64,000 nt of DNA from Patescibacteria group bacterium. GTDB taxonomy: Bacteria > Patescibacteriota > Patescibacteriia > 2-12-FULL-60-25. The stretch lies in the NCBI GenBank assembly GCA_018063105.1, contig JAGOQX010000001.1, positions 8,551-72,550 of the forward strand, written 5' to 3'. The notes below the pieces were generated by a model. It was not told the DNA's origin. It worked only from the letters and a program-made list of their open reading frames with translations, and ran no database searches. Position numbers and translations under genes: made by a program. Shown piece after piece: positions 55,048 through 64,000 of the stretch. Positions within the stretch are counted from its first letter, which is position 1, and every line of letters starts with the position of its first letter.

Positions 55048-57915
55048 CTACGTAATACGTGCAACAAATTTCTCGAGATCCTTGTGCTTTTCCATCGCTT
55101 TTCTCATCATCAATGCCTGCTCTTCCTTTGAACCGGAACTAAACCGTTCTCCCAACTCAGAACGTTTATTAATAGCATTCGTTGATATATATATAGATCG
55201 CACAACTTCTTCAACTTTTTTAGCCATTTCACCCTTCGCCTCCTTAGAAATTGTTCCAAGATTATCCATTCTCCCAGGCGTGGACATAATTTTCACGACA
55301 TTTTCTGTCATCTTTCCACCTTGCTGAATAGCTTGCGTATCCATATTCGCAACATAGCTGATAGCATGAATCCGATCATTTATGTCCGTGGAAGCGATAT
55401 TCATCATGACTTCATTCATATTTTCTGCATCAGCAACCTCCTGTTCTGCGGTTCCATATGTTCCCGCTGCAGTATCATATCCAACCGTCACAGATGACGG
55501 TAAACCCTTTATCTGACCCTGTTGCATCACCGCACGTTCACTGACGCTATACGAGGAACCCATAGGACCAGTTGCATATAAGTTAGCAGCCGAACGACCG
55601 CTACTCCTATCTGCAAGATGCTTCATCTTATCCATGTCAATTTCAACTCCAATCTTTTTCGCAATGTCATCCGCCTCAGATACGGTAATCGTAAGCGCTG
55701 CCGGAGGAACAGCCGCAGCACCAAGGCCACGCGTTACATCGCTCCAAGAGTTATAGGTAGATGCAGGTCCCGTGGCTGCAACGCCGGTTCCGATTGTTGC
55801 GTATGCAAGACCGGTCGGCGTCATTGTCATACGCGCGTCTAAACCCGTAGAAACTTTTCTTGATTCCAACCCATCAATATGTGCTGCAACGGTTTTAGCA
55901 ATTTCACCACCACCAGCCATAACCTTTTCGTACGCCTTTGAATTACGCAATCCCTCATAATCACCCGTGCTAAGAAAGCTCTTAAACAGGCCTTCGACAA
56001 CACGCGTATCCTTCAACGAATCAGACTGCAAATAGGAAAATAGGCGTTCCGGATTTGCAATTGCTTCTTTCATATATCCAGAGACATCTGAACCCGGCGC
56101 AACCATATCCGGACGCTTCTCTAAATACGATTTAAAAGCCTTTATCTTATCTTCATCATTTCTAGCCTCAGCCGCTGCTAAACCGGCAGCAATTTGAACT
56201 GCAGCCTCTCCACGAACTCTTGCGTCAGCATCCCCATCAGACATACCGGCCTTTACATAAGCCTCTTTTCTACTCTTTAGCGCGTTACTATCCATAGCCC
56301 ACGCTCCAATTTGCATCGCTGACGCTTCTTTCACGTCATCCGTCCCATTAGCTGCCAAATATTGAACACCCTCAATCCCCTTGGTGTAGCCACCCTTTGT
56401 ATATGCGGCCAAAGCCAACTTTTGTGCTTCTTCCGTTTCATATTTATTTGAAGCCAATGTACTTCCACCTTGAGACTTATAAAAAGCAGCTTGCATCGAT
56501 AGTGGAACCTGTCCGCCACGTTCTTCCAACTTCTTCTTTGCAGCAGCCTTATCTTTTTGCGAAATAGAAACCAATCCAGCACCCATGATACCAGCCGCCT
56601 TTCCAAACATACTGTTTGGACTTTGAGCCCCCTCTTGAACAAGCGCCTTTCCAATTCCTGAACTGATCCCCCATCGTCGATCCACCGCCTTCGCTGTCCC
56701 CTTCCCCGCCTTATACCCCAACATCGCTGCCCAACCAGCAGGACCACCAGTGGATTTAATCTTATTCGCTACCTGTCCAAGCTGCCCCGCAGTTTCTGTT
56801 GACACTCTCACCGCTGTACTCAATCCAATCATCAACATGATTGCTGCAACCAAAAAGGTCTGCATCTTTTCTGGTCTTCCAACTCCAGTCACGGTTACCC
56901 CTAATTGGGCCTGATCTGCTGCGCTGCCTGGCGTATAAATTTTTTCTGTGACGGCAAAGTTGTCACCTCCATTTTGAACCATGGCAAATGTGAGCCACAA
57001 AAAGAACGCGATGATCGGTCCACCGGTCAGCATGGTTGAAAGCTTTTTCCACCACTCACCCGTAAACGTCGAAAGCGATGCTTTTAACGTGTCTGGAAGC
57101 GCTGTGGCAAAAAAGGCTGCTGGGGAAAAAATCAACAAGACCCACAACATCACAATGCGCACGATAAAATAGATGCACATGATGAGCATGATCGTTGCGA
57201 CAACCGAAAGCATACCGACTGCAAAAACCAAAGCTATAATAACTTCTGAAGGATCGTGATCGGTAGCACCATACGCTCCCTGCATCACGGTTAACATATC
57301 CGTCAGCCCAAATGCTGCCATAAAATTTCCAAGGGCAGCCGCTCGGAATCCGTTCACAAACGTTAATGTGAGCACCTGTGAAAAATCAATCAGCAATCCA
57401 ACGAGTGTCTTTGAAAAGTTGATCAACACGGACATGAGCAACAATTTTGGAACAACTTTTTTATAATGAAACTTTTCGTATCCGATAATTGTTGAAAATG
57501 CCACGACGAGCAACACTAAAATAAAGAACATGTTGCACACATCACGAACTAATGGCCATCCAATCAACACCGGCTGAGCTTGAACGAAATTATTATATTG
57601 GGCCGCCTGAATCATCATGTCTGCCAATGCATTATTAAGCATCAGCAATAACTTCACGATGAGATAAAGCAAACCGCTCACCAAACCCAATATCGGACCA
57701 AAAATTGTATAACCCGTTTGATCCGTCAGAGGACCAAACACGGCATCCGCGTTCACAGGGCGTACGTATGCAATCAAGATGAGCAATGCTACAAATCCAC
57801 CCAAAGCAGGGAGCGCATACTTAGAGTGCAGAGCTTCAGCAAATATTTTTCCGCGCATAAAAAGATGTTCACATGCGCGACGTGTACGCGATAGAATCGC
57901 AAGGTTCATAGCCAT
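55048..57915 (-). CDS. Polytopic membrane protein, VirB6/TrbL- or PrgH/TcpH-like, with a large C-terminal soluble region
   Basis: The ORF is open from 57966 (GTG). ATG candidates lie at 57915, 57909 and 57858. A signal-like segment ALPALGGFVALLILIAYVRPVNA is followed by about 7 TM helices (about 330 aa), then about 570 aa of Ala/Gly/Lys-rich soluble sequence. It is the first gene of the T4SS-like operon. Confidence 0.55.
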   Translation of the reverse strand: MAMNLAILSRTRRACEHLFMRGKIFAEALHSKYALPALGGFVALLILIAYVRPVNADAVFGPLTDQTGYTIFGPILGLVSGLLYLIVKLLLMLNNALADMMIQAAQYNNFVQAQPVLIGWPLVRDVCNMFFILVLLVVAFSTIIGYEKFHYKKVVPKLLLMSVLINFSKTLVGLLIDFSQVLTLTFVNGFRAAALGNFMAAFGLTDMLTVMQGAYGATDHDPSEVIIALVFAVGMLSVVATIMLIMCIYFIVRIVMLWVLLIFSPAAFFATALPDTLKASLSTFTGEWWKKLSTMLTGGPIIAFFLWLTFAMVQNGGDNFAVTEKIYTPGSAADQAQLGVTVTGVGRPEKMQTFLVAAIMLMIGLSTAVRVSTETAGQLGQVANKIKSTGGPAGWAAMLGYKAGKGTAKAVDRRWGISSGIGKALVQEGAQSPNSMFGKAAGIMGAGLVSISQKDKAAAKKKLEERGGQVPLSMQAAFYKSQGGSTLASNKYETEEAQKLALAAYTKGGYTKGIEGVQYLAANGTDDVKEASAMQIGAWAMDSNALKSRKEAYVKAGMSDGDADARVRGEAAVQIAAGLAAAEARNDEDKIKAFKSYLEKRPDMVAPGSDVSGYMKEAIANPERLFSYLQSDSLKDTRVVEGLFKSFLSTGDYEGLRNSKAYEKVMAGGGEIAKTVAAHIDGLESRKVSTGLDARMTMTPTGLAYATIGTGVAATGPASTYNSWSDVTRGLGAAAVPPAALTITVSEADDIAKKIGVEIDMDKMKHLADRSSGRSAANLYATGPMGSSYSVSERAVMQQGQIKGLPSSVTVGYDTAAGTYGTAEQEVADAENMNEVMMNIASTDINDRIHAISYVANMDTQAIQQGGKMTENVVKIMSTPGRMDNLGTISKEAKGEMAKKVEEVVRSIYISTNAINKRSELGERFSSGSKEEQALMMRKAMEKHKDLEKFVARIT

Positions 57916-58009
57916 ACGTTGACGTGTGGAAGTATAGCATACGAACGAGGCCCTCTCACTCTCCACAAAATCCCCGTATCCTGATATAGTTCAAACCACC
58001 ATTATCCTC

Positions 58010-59479
58010 ATGCTCAAAATTAATTTCTTGCACTCAACGGTCGACACAAAAGCACGACGTGCGACCATCCTTGTTGCGATTGGATTCACCCTCTTTGTGG
58101 GCTGCATTGCAGCAATCGGCGCCAACGCCTCGTATCGATCTGCCACCCGCGGAACCACCGTTCTGAGCGAGGTTGGCAATTTTTTTGTTTTCTCCAATCT
58201 CCAACGACTCGTCTTGGGCGGACCGGCTGATGCAAATTCAAATGCACTCGCGACTCCGGACAATCGATTAAACATCCTCCTGCTCGGTATCGGCGGCGCC
58301 GGACACGATGGGCCGCAATTAACAGATACGATCATCATCGCGTCCCTTGATACAACCACCAACAAACTAGGCCTCGTTTCCGTCCCACGTGATCTTGCCT
58401 ATCCGCTTGGAGGAGGTCGTTTTGAAAAGATCAATGCCGTGAACGCGAATTTTGAAGCAGCAAATCCAGGGCAAGGCGCCAGTCTAACCGCAGAAGCATT
58501 TTCAAAACAGTTCAACGTTCGCATTGATCGTGTTGTTAAAATTGATTTTGCCGGCTTTGAAGAATTTATCAATGCCCTTGGCGGAATCGATGTAAATATT
58601 GAAAACACATTTACAGACCCACTCTTCCCAACGGAAGACGATGGACCAAATCCATTCCACTGGGTCACTGTCACGTTTACCAAAGGACCAGAACACATGG
58701 ATGGCAAACGCGTCCTCACTTACGTCCGATCACGACACGGGACAAATGGTGAAGGATCTGACTTTGCTCGAAGCCGCAGACAGCAGATTGTTCTGAAGGC
58801 TGTCCGTGAACGCCTCCTCAGCATGGGAACCCTGAGCAACCCAAAAACCATGACAGACCTATGGGGTTCTATCGCGAACCACCTTGAAACAACACTTTCT
58901 GCCTGGGACATGCTCAAACTTCTCCCCGTTGCTGCCCGATTTTCAACGGAAAATATGACCACCCACGTCTTGACGGATGACCCAAAACAGGGTCAACTGG
59001 TCTCTGGTACAGTCGATGGCTCATTTCTGCTCTTCCCGAAAAAGTCAGATTGGTCAGAAATACGAGCAATTACAGCAAATCCGTTCACAGCACCCGTTGA
59101 ATTCAACAAACAAGCGCATGCAACGGAACCGATTGGGATTGAATTATTGAACGGTACACTCAAAACCGGGCTCGCCGCACAGGTGAGCGACGTTCTTGAT
59201 TCTATGGGGTACACCGTCGTTTCAACCGGAAATGCAACGAAACGCGGATTTGAGCGAACGGTGATTTATGACCTAACCAACGGGAAGAAGCCGACAGAGC
59301 TTGCACGACTCAAAAAATTGCTTGATGCCAACGTGTCAACAACCGCCCCAACAGCCCAGGGCATGGTCACGGATGGTCTTGTCAAAGAGCGCGTCACAAC
59401 CAGCACCACCAATTTCTTAATTATTCTTGGAACCTCCAGTCAGAACGTTACCTCGTATGCCAGCAACACGAACCCGTAG
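58010..59479 (+). CDS. LytR-CpsA-Psr (LCP) family glycopolymer transferase with LytR_C domain
   Basis: 489-aa ORF with an N-terminal TM helix. LNILLLGIGGAGHDGPQLTDTIIIASLD and VSVPRDL signatures. C-terminal IELLNGT...GLAAQVSDVLDSMGY (LytR_C). Confidence 0.85.
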   Translation: MLKINFLHSTVDTKARRATILVAIGFTLFVGCIAAIGANASYRSATRGTTVLSEVGNFFVFSNLQRLVLGGPADANSNALATPDNRLNILLLGIGGAGHDGPQLTDTIIIASLDTTTNKLGLVSVPRDLAYPLGGGRFEKINAVNANFEAANPGQGASLTAEAFSKQFNVRIDRVVKIDFAGFEEFINALGGIDVNIENTFTDPLFPTEDDGPNPFHWVTVTFTKGPEHMDGKRVLTYVRSRHGTNGEGSDFARSRRQQIVLKAVRERLLSMGTLSNPKTMTDLWGSIANHLETTLSAWDMLKLLPVAARFSTENMTTHVLTDDPKQGQLVSGTVDGSFLLFPKKSDWSEIRAITANPFTAPVEFNKQAHATEPIGIELLNGTLKTGLAAQVSDVLDSMGYTVVSTGNATKRGFERTVIYDLTNGKKPTELARLKKLLDANVSTTAPTAQGMVTDGLVKERVTTSTTNFLIILGTSSQNVTSYASNTNP

Positions 59480-60896
59480 ACGCCCCGTCGTCGCACTTGT
59501 CGGACGCGCCAACGTCGGAAAATCAACACTCTGGAACAAGCTCACTGAATCAAGTCGAGCCATGGTTTCGACGATCGCTCACACCACTCGAGATCGTAAC
59601 TACGCACCTGTTGTCTGGCGCGGAGAATCCATTGACGTGATCGACACCGGAGGACTGGATGCGGAACAAGGAACAACCGTTGGCCAAGGAATCATTCACC
59701 AGGCAGAACTAGCGATCCGTGAAGCGGACGTTGTGTTATTTATCGTTGACGCAAAAGTCGGCGTTATCGCCCAAGACCGAGATTTAGTTCGACAGGTCAA
59801 AAAATTGAACAAACACGTGTTGTTAGTCGCGAATAAAGTGGACAACGCCGTGATGCTTGGTGATGCAGCAACAAATGAAATGTGGTCACTTGGATTAAAT
59901 GATCCGATCACTTGCTCTGCTTCAACCGGACGCGGCATCGGTGATTTGCTGGATGGCGTCTACGCAGAACTCGAACGTATCGGCAAACAGCCGGTCCCGC
60001 TTGATGAAGAAACCGGTCTCAAGATCGTTGTGATGGGACGACCAAACGTTGGAAAGTCCTCGCTTGTCAACGCAATCCTTGGCGAAGAACGCGTCATCGT
60101 CTCCCCTCTTCCACACACAACTCGAGAACCGATGGACACGCATTTGATGTGGCATGATCAGCCAATCACGCTCGTTGATACGGCTGGTATGCGCAAACGG
60201 TCGCACGTTGATACCACGCTGGATGAAGTTGCGCTTGAACGAAATCGCGAGGCATTGCTTCGTTCAGATATCGCCTTTCTCGTGCTTGATGCAACCCAAG
60301 GCGCATTTGATCAGGACAAACATCTTGCCGGTATGTTGCGCGATGAACACAAAGGGTTAGCCATTGTCGTCAACAAGTGGGATCTCGTTCAAGACAAACA
60401 AACGCACAGCACGGAAGAATACGAACGCGACATTCGACGCGCGTTTCCGTTCTTGTGGTGGGCACCAATTATTTTCACGTCCGCAAAGAAAAATCTCCGC
60501 GCGACAAGCCTGCTTGACCTCGCATTTGAAATTCGGGAAGAACGTCGCCGACAGATTTCATTCAATGCATTGCAACGCTTCTTGAAGAACATTCTTCTGA
60601 TCAAAAAGCCGATTCAGAGCTACGGCCCACAATCGCCATACATTCACGATATCACGCAGGTTGGCGTTGAACCTCCAACATTCCGCATTCAGGTTCGCGG
60701 GCAAAAAGCGGATGTGCATGAGTCTTGGTTACGCTTTTTCGAAAATCGTCTTCGTGAGAAATTCGGATTCACCGGAACCCCAGTCAAACTCACCGCATAC
60801 ATCGCTCCAATGCGCCGCGATGACATGCCAGAAAAAATGCTTAACAGACCTTCACGACGCAAGCGACCGATCGGACGTAACGTCGGACGATACTAA
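59457..60896 (+). CDS. der: Ribosome-associated GTPase Der (EngA), two G domains plus KH-like domain
   Basis: G1 motifs VALVGRANVGKSTLWN and IVVMGRPNVGKSSLVN. DTGG/DTAG and NKVD/NKWD. The start is uncertain (59427 or 59457), and either choice overlaps the LCP 3' end. Confidence 0.9.
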   Translation: MPATRTRRRPVVALVGRANVGKSTLWNKLTESSRAMVSTIAHTTRDRNYAPVVWRGESIDVIDTGGLDAEQGTTVGQGIIHQAELAIREADVVLFIVDAKVGVIAQDRDLVRQVKKLNKHVLLVANKVDNAVMLGDAATNEMWSLGLNDPITCSASTGRGIGDLLDGVYAELERIGKQPVPLDEETGLKIVVMGRPNVGKSSLVNAILGEERVIVSPLPHTTREPMDTHLMWHDQPITLVDTAGMRKRSHVDTTLDEVALERNREALLRSDIAFLVLDATQGAFDQDKHLAGMLRDEHKGLAIVVNKWDLVQDKQTHSTEEYERDIRRAFPFLWWAPIIFTSAKKNLRATSLLDLAFEIREERRRQISFNALQRFLKNILLIKKPIQSYGPQSPYIHDITQVGVEPPTFRIQVRGQKADVHESWLRFFENRLREKFGFTGTPVKLTAYIAPMRRDDMPEKMLNRPSRRKRPIGRNVGRY

Positions 60897-60904
60897 TACT
60901 CGAC

Positions 60905-61459
60905 ATGAAACTCATCATCGGACTAGGCAACCCGGGCAAAGAATATGCCCGCACACGACACAACGCCGGATATCTGGCAGTAGAGGCATTCGCCAAAGTG
61001 CACCAGGCGCAATGGTCAACGAATGACAAACGTAAAGCGACGATCAGCAAATTTCAACTTGATGAACAATCTATTCTGTTGGCAAAACCGCTGACGTTTA
61101 TGAATTTGTCCGGTGAGGCGGTTCAATCACTTCTTTCATACTACAAAGCTGATTTGAAAGACGTGTTGATCATCCAAGATGAACTTGATCTTCCCGTTGG
61201 ACAACTTGCGTTTATCGAGGAAGGTGGAGATGCGGGACATAATGGAATTGCATCGATACAGGAAATGCTGGGGACGAAAAAGATTACACGACTTCGTATT
61301 GGCGTTGGACGACCGACGAATGCGGAGCCGATTGAGAAGTGGGTGCTTGGGCCGATGGATCGGCAGACGGTGGATACAATTGATCGAACACCGGAGGCGG
61401 TTGAGGATTGGTTGGTGATGGAGATGGGGCAGGTGATGAATCGGTGGAATAGGAAGTAG
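60905..61459 (+). CDS. pth: Peptidyl-tRNA hydrolase
   Basis: 184-aa ORF. MKLIIGLGNPGKEYARTRHNAGY and GHNGIASI signatures. Confidence 0.9.
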   Translation: MKLIIGLGNPGKEYARTRHNAGYLAVEAFAKVHQAQWSTNDKRKATISKFQLDEQSILLAKPLTFMNLSGEAVQSLLSYYKADLKDVLIIQDELDLPVGQLAFIEEGGDAGHNGIASIQEMLGTKKITRLRIGVGRPTNAEPIEKWVLGPMDRQTVDTIDRTPEAVEDWLVMEMGQVMNRWNRK

Positions 61460-61468
61460 CTTTTACTC

Positions 61469-61498
61469 TTACTTTTTTGTCGAATTACAAAAAAGTAA
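61469..61498 (+). terminator. AT-rich perfect 12-bp hairpin after pth (weak terminator candidate)
   Basis: ttacttttttgt-cgaatt-acaaaaaagtaa begins 10 nt after the pth stop and is followed by an A/T-rich tract. The stem is AT-rich and there is no directly adjoining U-run, so confidence is low. Confidence 0.3.
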
Positions 61499-61630
61499 CA
61501 AAATAAAAATTTTGGGGGTTCGGCTGAACTCGCTCAGCGTTGCGATCAGCTCATCCTCTTTTTTTATTTGTAGATCTTCACTAGATCGCTCAAACAGGCA
61601 GGCGAACCCCCAAACCCCCGGCGGACGGAG

Positions 61631-61677
<47 letters not shown>

Positions 61678-61887
61678 CTCAGGGCTTGTTTTTCGTGGAC
61701 GAAAAACTCGGGGGTAGAGAGATAGGGGCAGGAGAAGTGTCCACAATTGACACAAACTCAAATTCATGGCAGCGGTATATAAAGACCCTCGGTTCTGCCT
61801 GCGTCTGGTCATACAACCGGGAGACGACGAAGCGTTTTCCTGGGATAACCGCGCACAGACAGAATCGAGGGGACAAACTTGATTTCC

Positions 61888-63081
61888 ATGTTGTACCAAC
61901 AATCAACCTGTTTCGTCAAGTCCCTCGACTGGGACGAGAATCGTCTGGCTTGGCTAATCTTAGCCTGGTTCGATGGTTTTGGTAGCAAAAGTCTGCAAAA
62001 ACTTTCTCGCCAATTTCGGCAAGATGGTGAACGCGCACTGCGCGCTACGACAGAAGACTTGCGCGAGCTTGGGATTCGCACGAATACCATTGAGCGCTTT
62101 TTCAGGTATCAACAAACAGCCGACGTCACAACATATCTGAAACAATTAGAACGAGATGATATTCGGTTCATCCTGATTGATGATAAAGACTATCCCCAGC
62201 TCTTGCGTGAAATCAATGATCCGCCGTTTGCTCTTTTTCAGCGCGGTGCAACGATCAATTCCGGACAACCCTGCGTAACGGTCGTTGGAACACGAAACAT
62301 CACACCATATGGCAAACATGTCACGACCACGCTATGCACAGAACTTGTTCGTGCTGGATATTGCACCGCCTCTGGATTAGCGTTTGGCGTTGATGCTACG
62401 GCGCACGAGGCAACGCTTGATGCGCGCGGAATCACGATCGCGGTGTTAGGTGGTGGATGTGATGATGATACGATCTATCCTCGCGAACATGTTGCGCTTG
62501 CGCATCGGCTCCTCAAATCCGGCGGAACGATTATTTCGGAGATGCCGCCAGGCACGGAACCGATGCGCCATCATTTTCCGTTGCGGAATCGTATTCTAGC
62601 CGGGCTTAGTCCAACGACCGTGGTTGTAGAGGCAGCTGAAGCCTCAGGATCATTGATCACTGCGCATGCTGCGTTAAACTACAACAGAGAAGTCTTTGCT
62701 GTACCAGGACCAATTACGAGCGTGCAATCAAAGGGAACGAATACGTTGATTGGGATGGGCGCAACGCCGTATTTGGGACCAGAGACGATTGTGCGGGCGG
62801 AGCGGAAAGAGATAACGGTCGACCGGACAGGTCGTGGGACGACACGACCTGGGGTAACCACGAGGGTTACCCCTACGGAAGAGAATATGACTGCGGAAGA
62901 AATGATCGTTGCAAAGGCTTTACACGAACCACTGTCGATTGATGAATTGACGCGAAAAATACAACGTCCTTCAACGAGTATTTCTATGATCCTTCTGCAG
63001 CTCGAAATGCGTGGAATCATTGATGATCTTGGAGGAAAACGATACCAACTGCGTGGGTCATTTCATCCTACTTCTGATTGA
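61888..63081 (+). CDS. dprA: DNA-processing protein DprA (Rossmann-like DNA-protecting domain plus C-terminal winged helix)
   Basis: ATG at 61888; the track ORF begins at a TTG at 61879. VVGTRNITPYG...ASGLAFGVDATAHEATL...FPLRNRILAGLS...VVVEAAEASGSLITA. C-terminal LLQLEMRGII winged helix. Confidence 0.9.
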   Translation: MLYQQSTCFVKSLDWDENRLAWLILAWFDGFGSKSLQKLSRQFRQDGERALRATTEDLRELGIRTNTIERFFRYQQTADVTTYLKQLERDDIRFILIDDKDYPQLLREINDPPFALFQRGATINSGQPCVTVVGTRNITPYGKHVTTTLCTELVRAGYCTASGLAFGVDATAHEATLDARGITIAVLGGGCDDDTIYPREHVALAHRLLKSGGTIISEMPPGTEPMRHHFPLRNRILAGLSPTTVVVEAAEASGSLITAHAALNYNREVFAVPGPITSVQSKGTNTLIGMGATPYLGPETIVRAERKEITVDRTGRGTTRPGVTTRVTPTEENMTAEEMIVAKALHEPLSIDELTRKIQRPSTSISMILLQLEMRGIIDDLGGKRYQLRGSFHPTSD

Positions 63082-63119
63082 CCCGTGCGGCTTCATCTGA
63101 TATAACTCACGCATTATCT

Positions 63120-64000
63120 ATGAATCTTGTCATCGTTGAGTCTCCAACAAAAGCAAAGACCATTTCACGGTTTCTTGGCAAAGACTACAAAGTCATCGCC
63201 AGCTTTGGTCATGTGCGAGATTTGCCAAAATCAAAACTCGGCGTTGATGTAGAACATAACTTCGAACCGACCTACGTTGTTTCTGCAGATCACAAAGCAA
63301 AGGTGAAAGAACTAAAAGATGCTGCCAAAAAAGCGTCACACGTTCTCCTCGCAACCGATGAAGACCGTGAGGGGGAAGCGATCTCCTGGCACATTGCCGC
63401 AATTTTAGATGTCGAAATTGCCACGGCGCAGCGCATCACATTTCACGAAATTACGGAGAGCGCAATCAAACACGCCATTGAGAATCCGCGTCATCTCGAC
63501 ATGAATTTGATCAATGCACAGCAGGCACGACGTGTGATGGATCGCTTGGTGGGGTATCAACTCAGCCCATTTTTGTGGCGCAACGTGAAACGAGGACTTT
63601 CAGCCGGTCGTGTGCAATCCGTTGCCGTTCGACTGATCGTGGAACGTGAACGTGAAATCTTGGCATTTGTCCCGGAAGAATACTGGACCATTGAAGGTGA
63701 GTTCCAAGGATTAAAAGATGCGACAACGTTTGACGGAAAACTCCATGCGCTAGATGGAAAGACGATTGATAAGATGGCGCTGAAAACAAAAGAGGCGGCA
63801 GACGCGCTTGTTGCAGAAATTACTGGAAAACCATTCACGGTCACAAACGTTGAAACGAAAGAACGACACGTCAATCCCCCAGCCCCGTTCACAACCTCCA
63901 CATTGCAACAGGATGCAAACAAACGACTCGGATTTTCCGCAAAGCAAACGATGATGATCGCCCAAAAACTCTACGAAGGCACCGAGCTCGGTGCACACGG
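63120..64000 (+). CDS. topA: DNA topoisomerase I, N-terminal part (runs off the window)
   Basis: Absent from the ORF track because there is no stop in the window. Manual translation from the ATG at 63120 gives MNLVIVESPTKAKTISRFLGKDYKVIASFGHVRDLPKSKLGVDV...LLATDEDREGEAISWHIA (TOPRIM domain). Confidence 0.9.
   Translation, partial: MNLVIVESPTKAKTISRFLGKDYKVIASFGHVRDLPKSKLGVDVEHNFEPTYVVSADHKAKVKELKDAAKKASHVLLATDEDREGEAISWHIAAILDVEIATAQRITFHEITESAIKHAIENPRHLDMNLINAQQARRVMDRLVGYQLSPFLWRNVKRGLSAGRVQSVAVRLIVEREREILAFVPEEYWTIEGEFQGLKDATTFDGKLHALDGKTIDKMALKTKEAADALVAEITGKPFTVTNVETKERHVNPPAPFTTSTLQQDANKRLGFSAKQTMMIAQKLYEGTELGAH

Noticed and set aside
48736-57966. The T4SS-like cluster as part of an integrated conjugative element or prophage
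   Set aside because: I could see no integrase, relaxase, coupling protein, replication genes or flanking direct repeats in the window. The flanks are housekeeping genes (LCP, der, pth) and the sigma and surface-protein genes. This cannot be fully excluded without the rest of the genome.
61786-61870. An 85-nt region closed by a 12-bp stem as a possible tRNA or other known small RNA
   Set aside because: No cloverleaf can be drawn. There is no GTTCRANYC T-loop on either strand and no SRP, tmRNA or RNase P signature that I recognise. It is retained only as unexplained structure within the spacer finding.

Overview
This 64-kb window holds about 56 protein-coding genes. I saw no rRNA, tRNA, CRISPR array, transposase or integrase. 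All calls rest on motif and architecture recognition by eye, since no searches could be run.

The genome style suggests a small-genome uncultivated bacterium, possibly Patescibacteria/CPR. This is inference only. It rests on very short intergenic gaps, many ATGA start/stop overlaps, TGA used as a stop, a DUF5667-type anti-sigma factor, an O-antigen-ligase+TPR protein and a PrgI/VirB4 cluster.

Layout:
- (i) 1-39.4 kb: a very large cell-surface glycan locus. It contains about 10 glycosyltransferases of families GT2, GT4, GT11 and CgeB-like. It also has an initiating polyprenyl-phosphate sugar-phosphate transferase, a Wzm/Wzt ABC exporter, at least 7 SAM methyltransferases and 2 CE4 deacetylases. 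Further genes are 2 AsnB-like amidotransferases, an ATP-grasp/PHP pair, two tandem UXS-like SDRs and an S8 protease.
- (ii) 39.4-48.7 kb: a Wzy_C/O-antigen-ligase-like+TPR membrane protein, a 1312-aa S/T-rich secreted surface protein with its own terminator, an ECF sigma / anti-sigma pair and a peptidoglycan-binding protein.
- (iii) 48.7-58 kb: one tight minus-strand operon joining a minimal Gram-positive-type T4SS-like set to comFC. The set comprises a VirB6/PrgH-like protein, PrgI-like protein and a split VirB4.
- (iv) 58-64 kb: LCP, der, pth, dprA and topA (partial).

Main leads:
- (1) 11265-16493 encodes the full four-enzyme set known from the Campylobacter jejuni O-methyl-phosphoramidate (MeOPN) pathway (Cj1415/1418/1416/1417 types) plus a methyltransferase. 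It is translationally coupled to Wzt and followed by a canonical sulfotransferase-fold protein. That protein could be the transferase for the PAPS-like 3'-phospho-CDP-amidate donor.
- (2) The T4SS-like/comFC operon has no relaxase or coupling protein in the window. It may be a ComB-like DNA-uptake machine.
- (3) The locus looks like a surface-protein glycosylation system: PGT, ABC exporter, Wzy_C-type candidate O-oligosaccharyltransferase and an adjacent target protein.

Smaller observations are a roughly 110-nt imperfect-palindrome element in two inverted copies, an (AC)21 microsatellite in a structured 430-nt spacer upstream of dprA, and SD/anti-SD-like palindromes.
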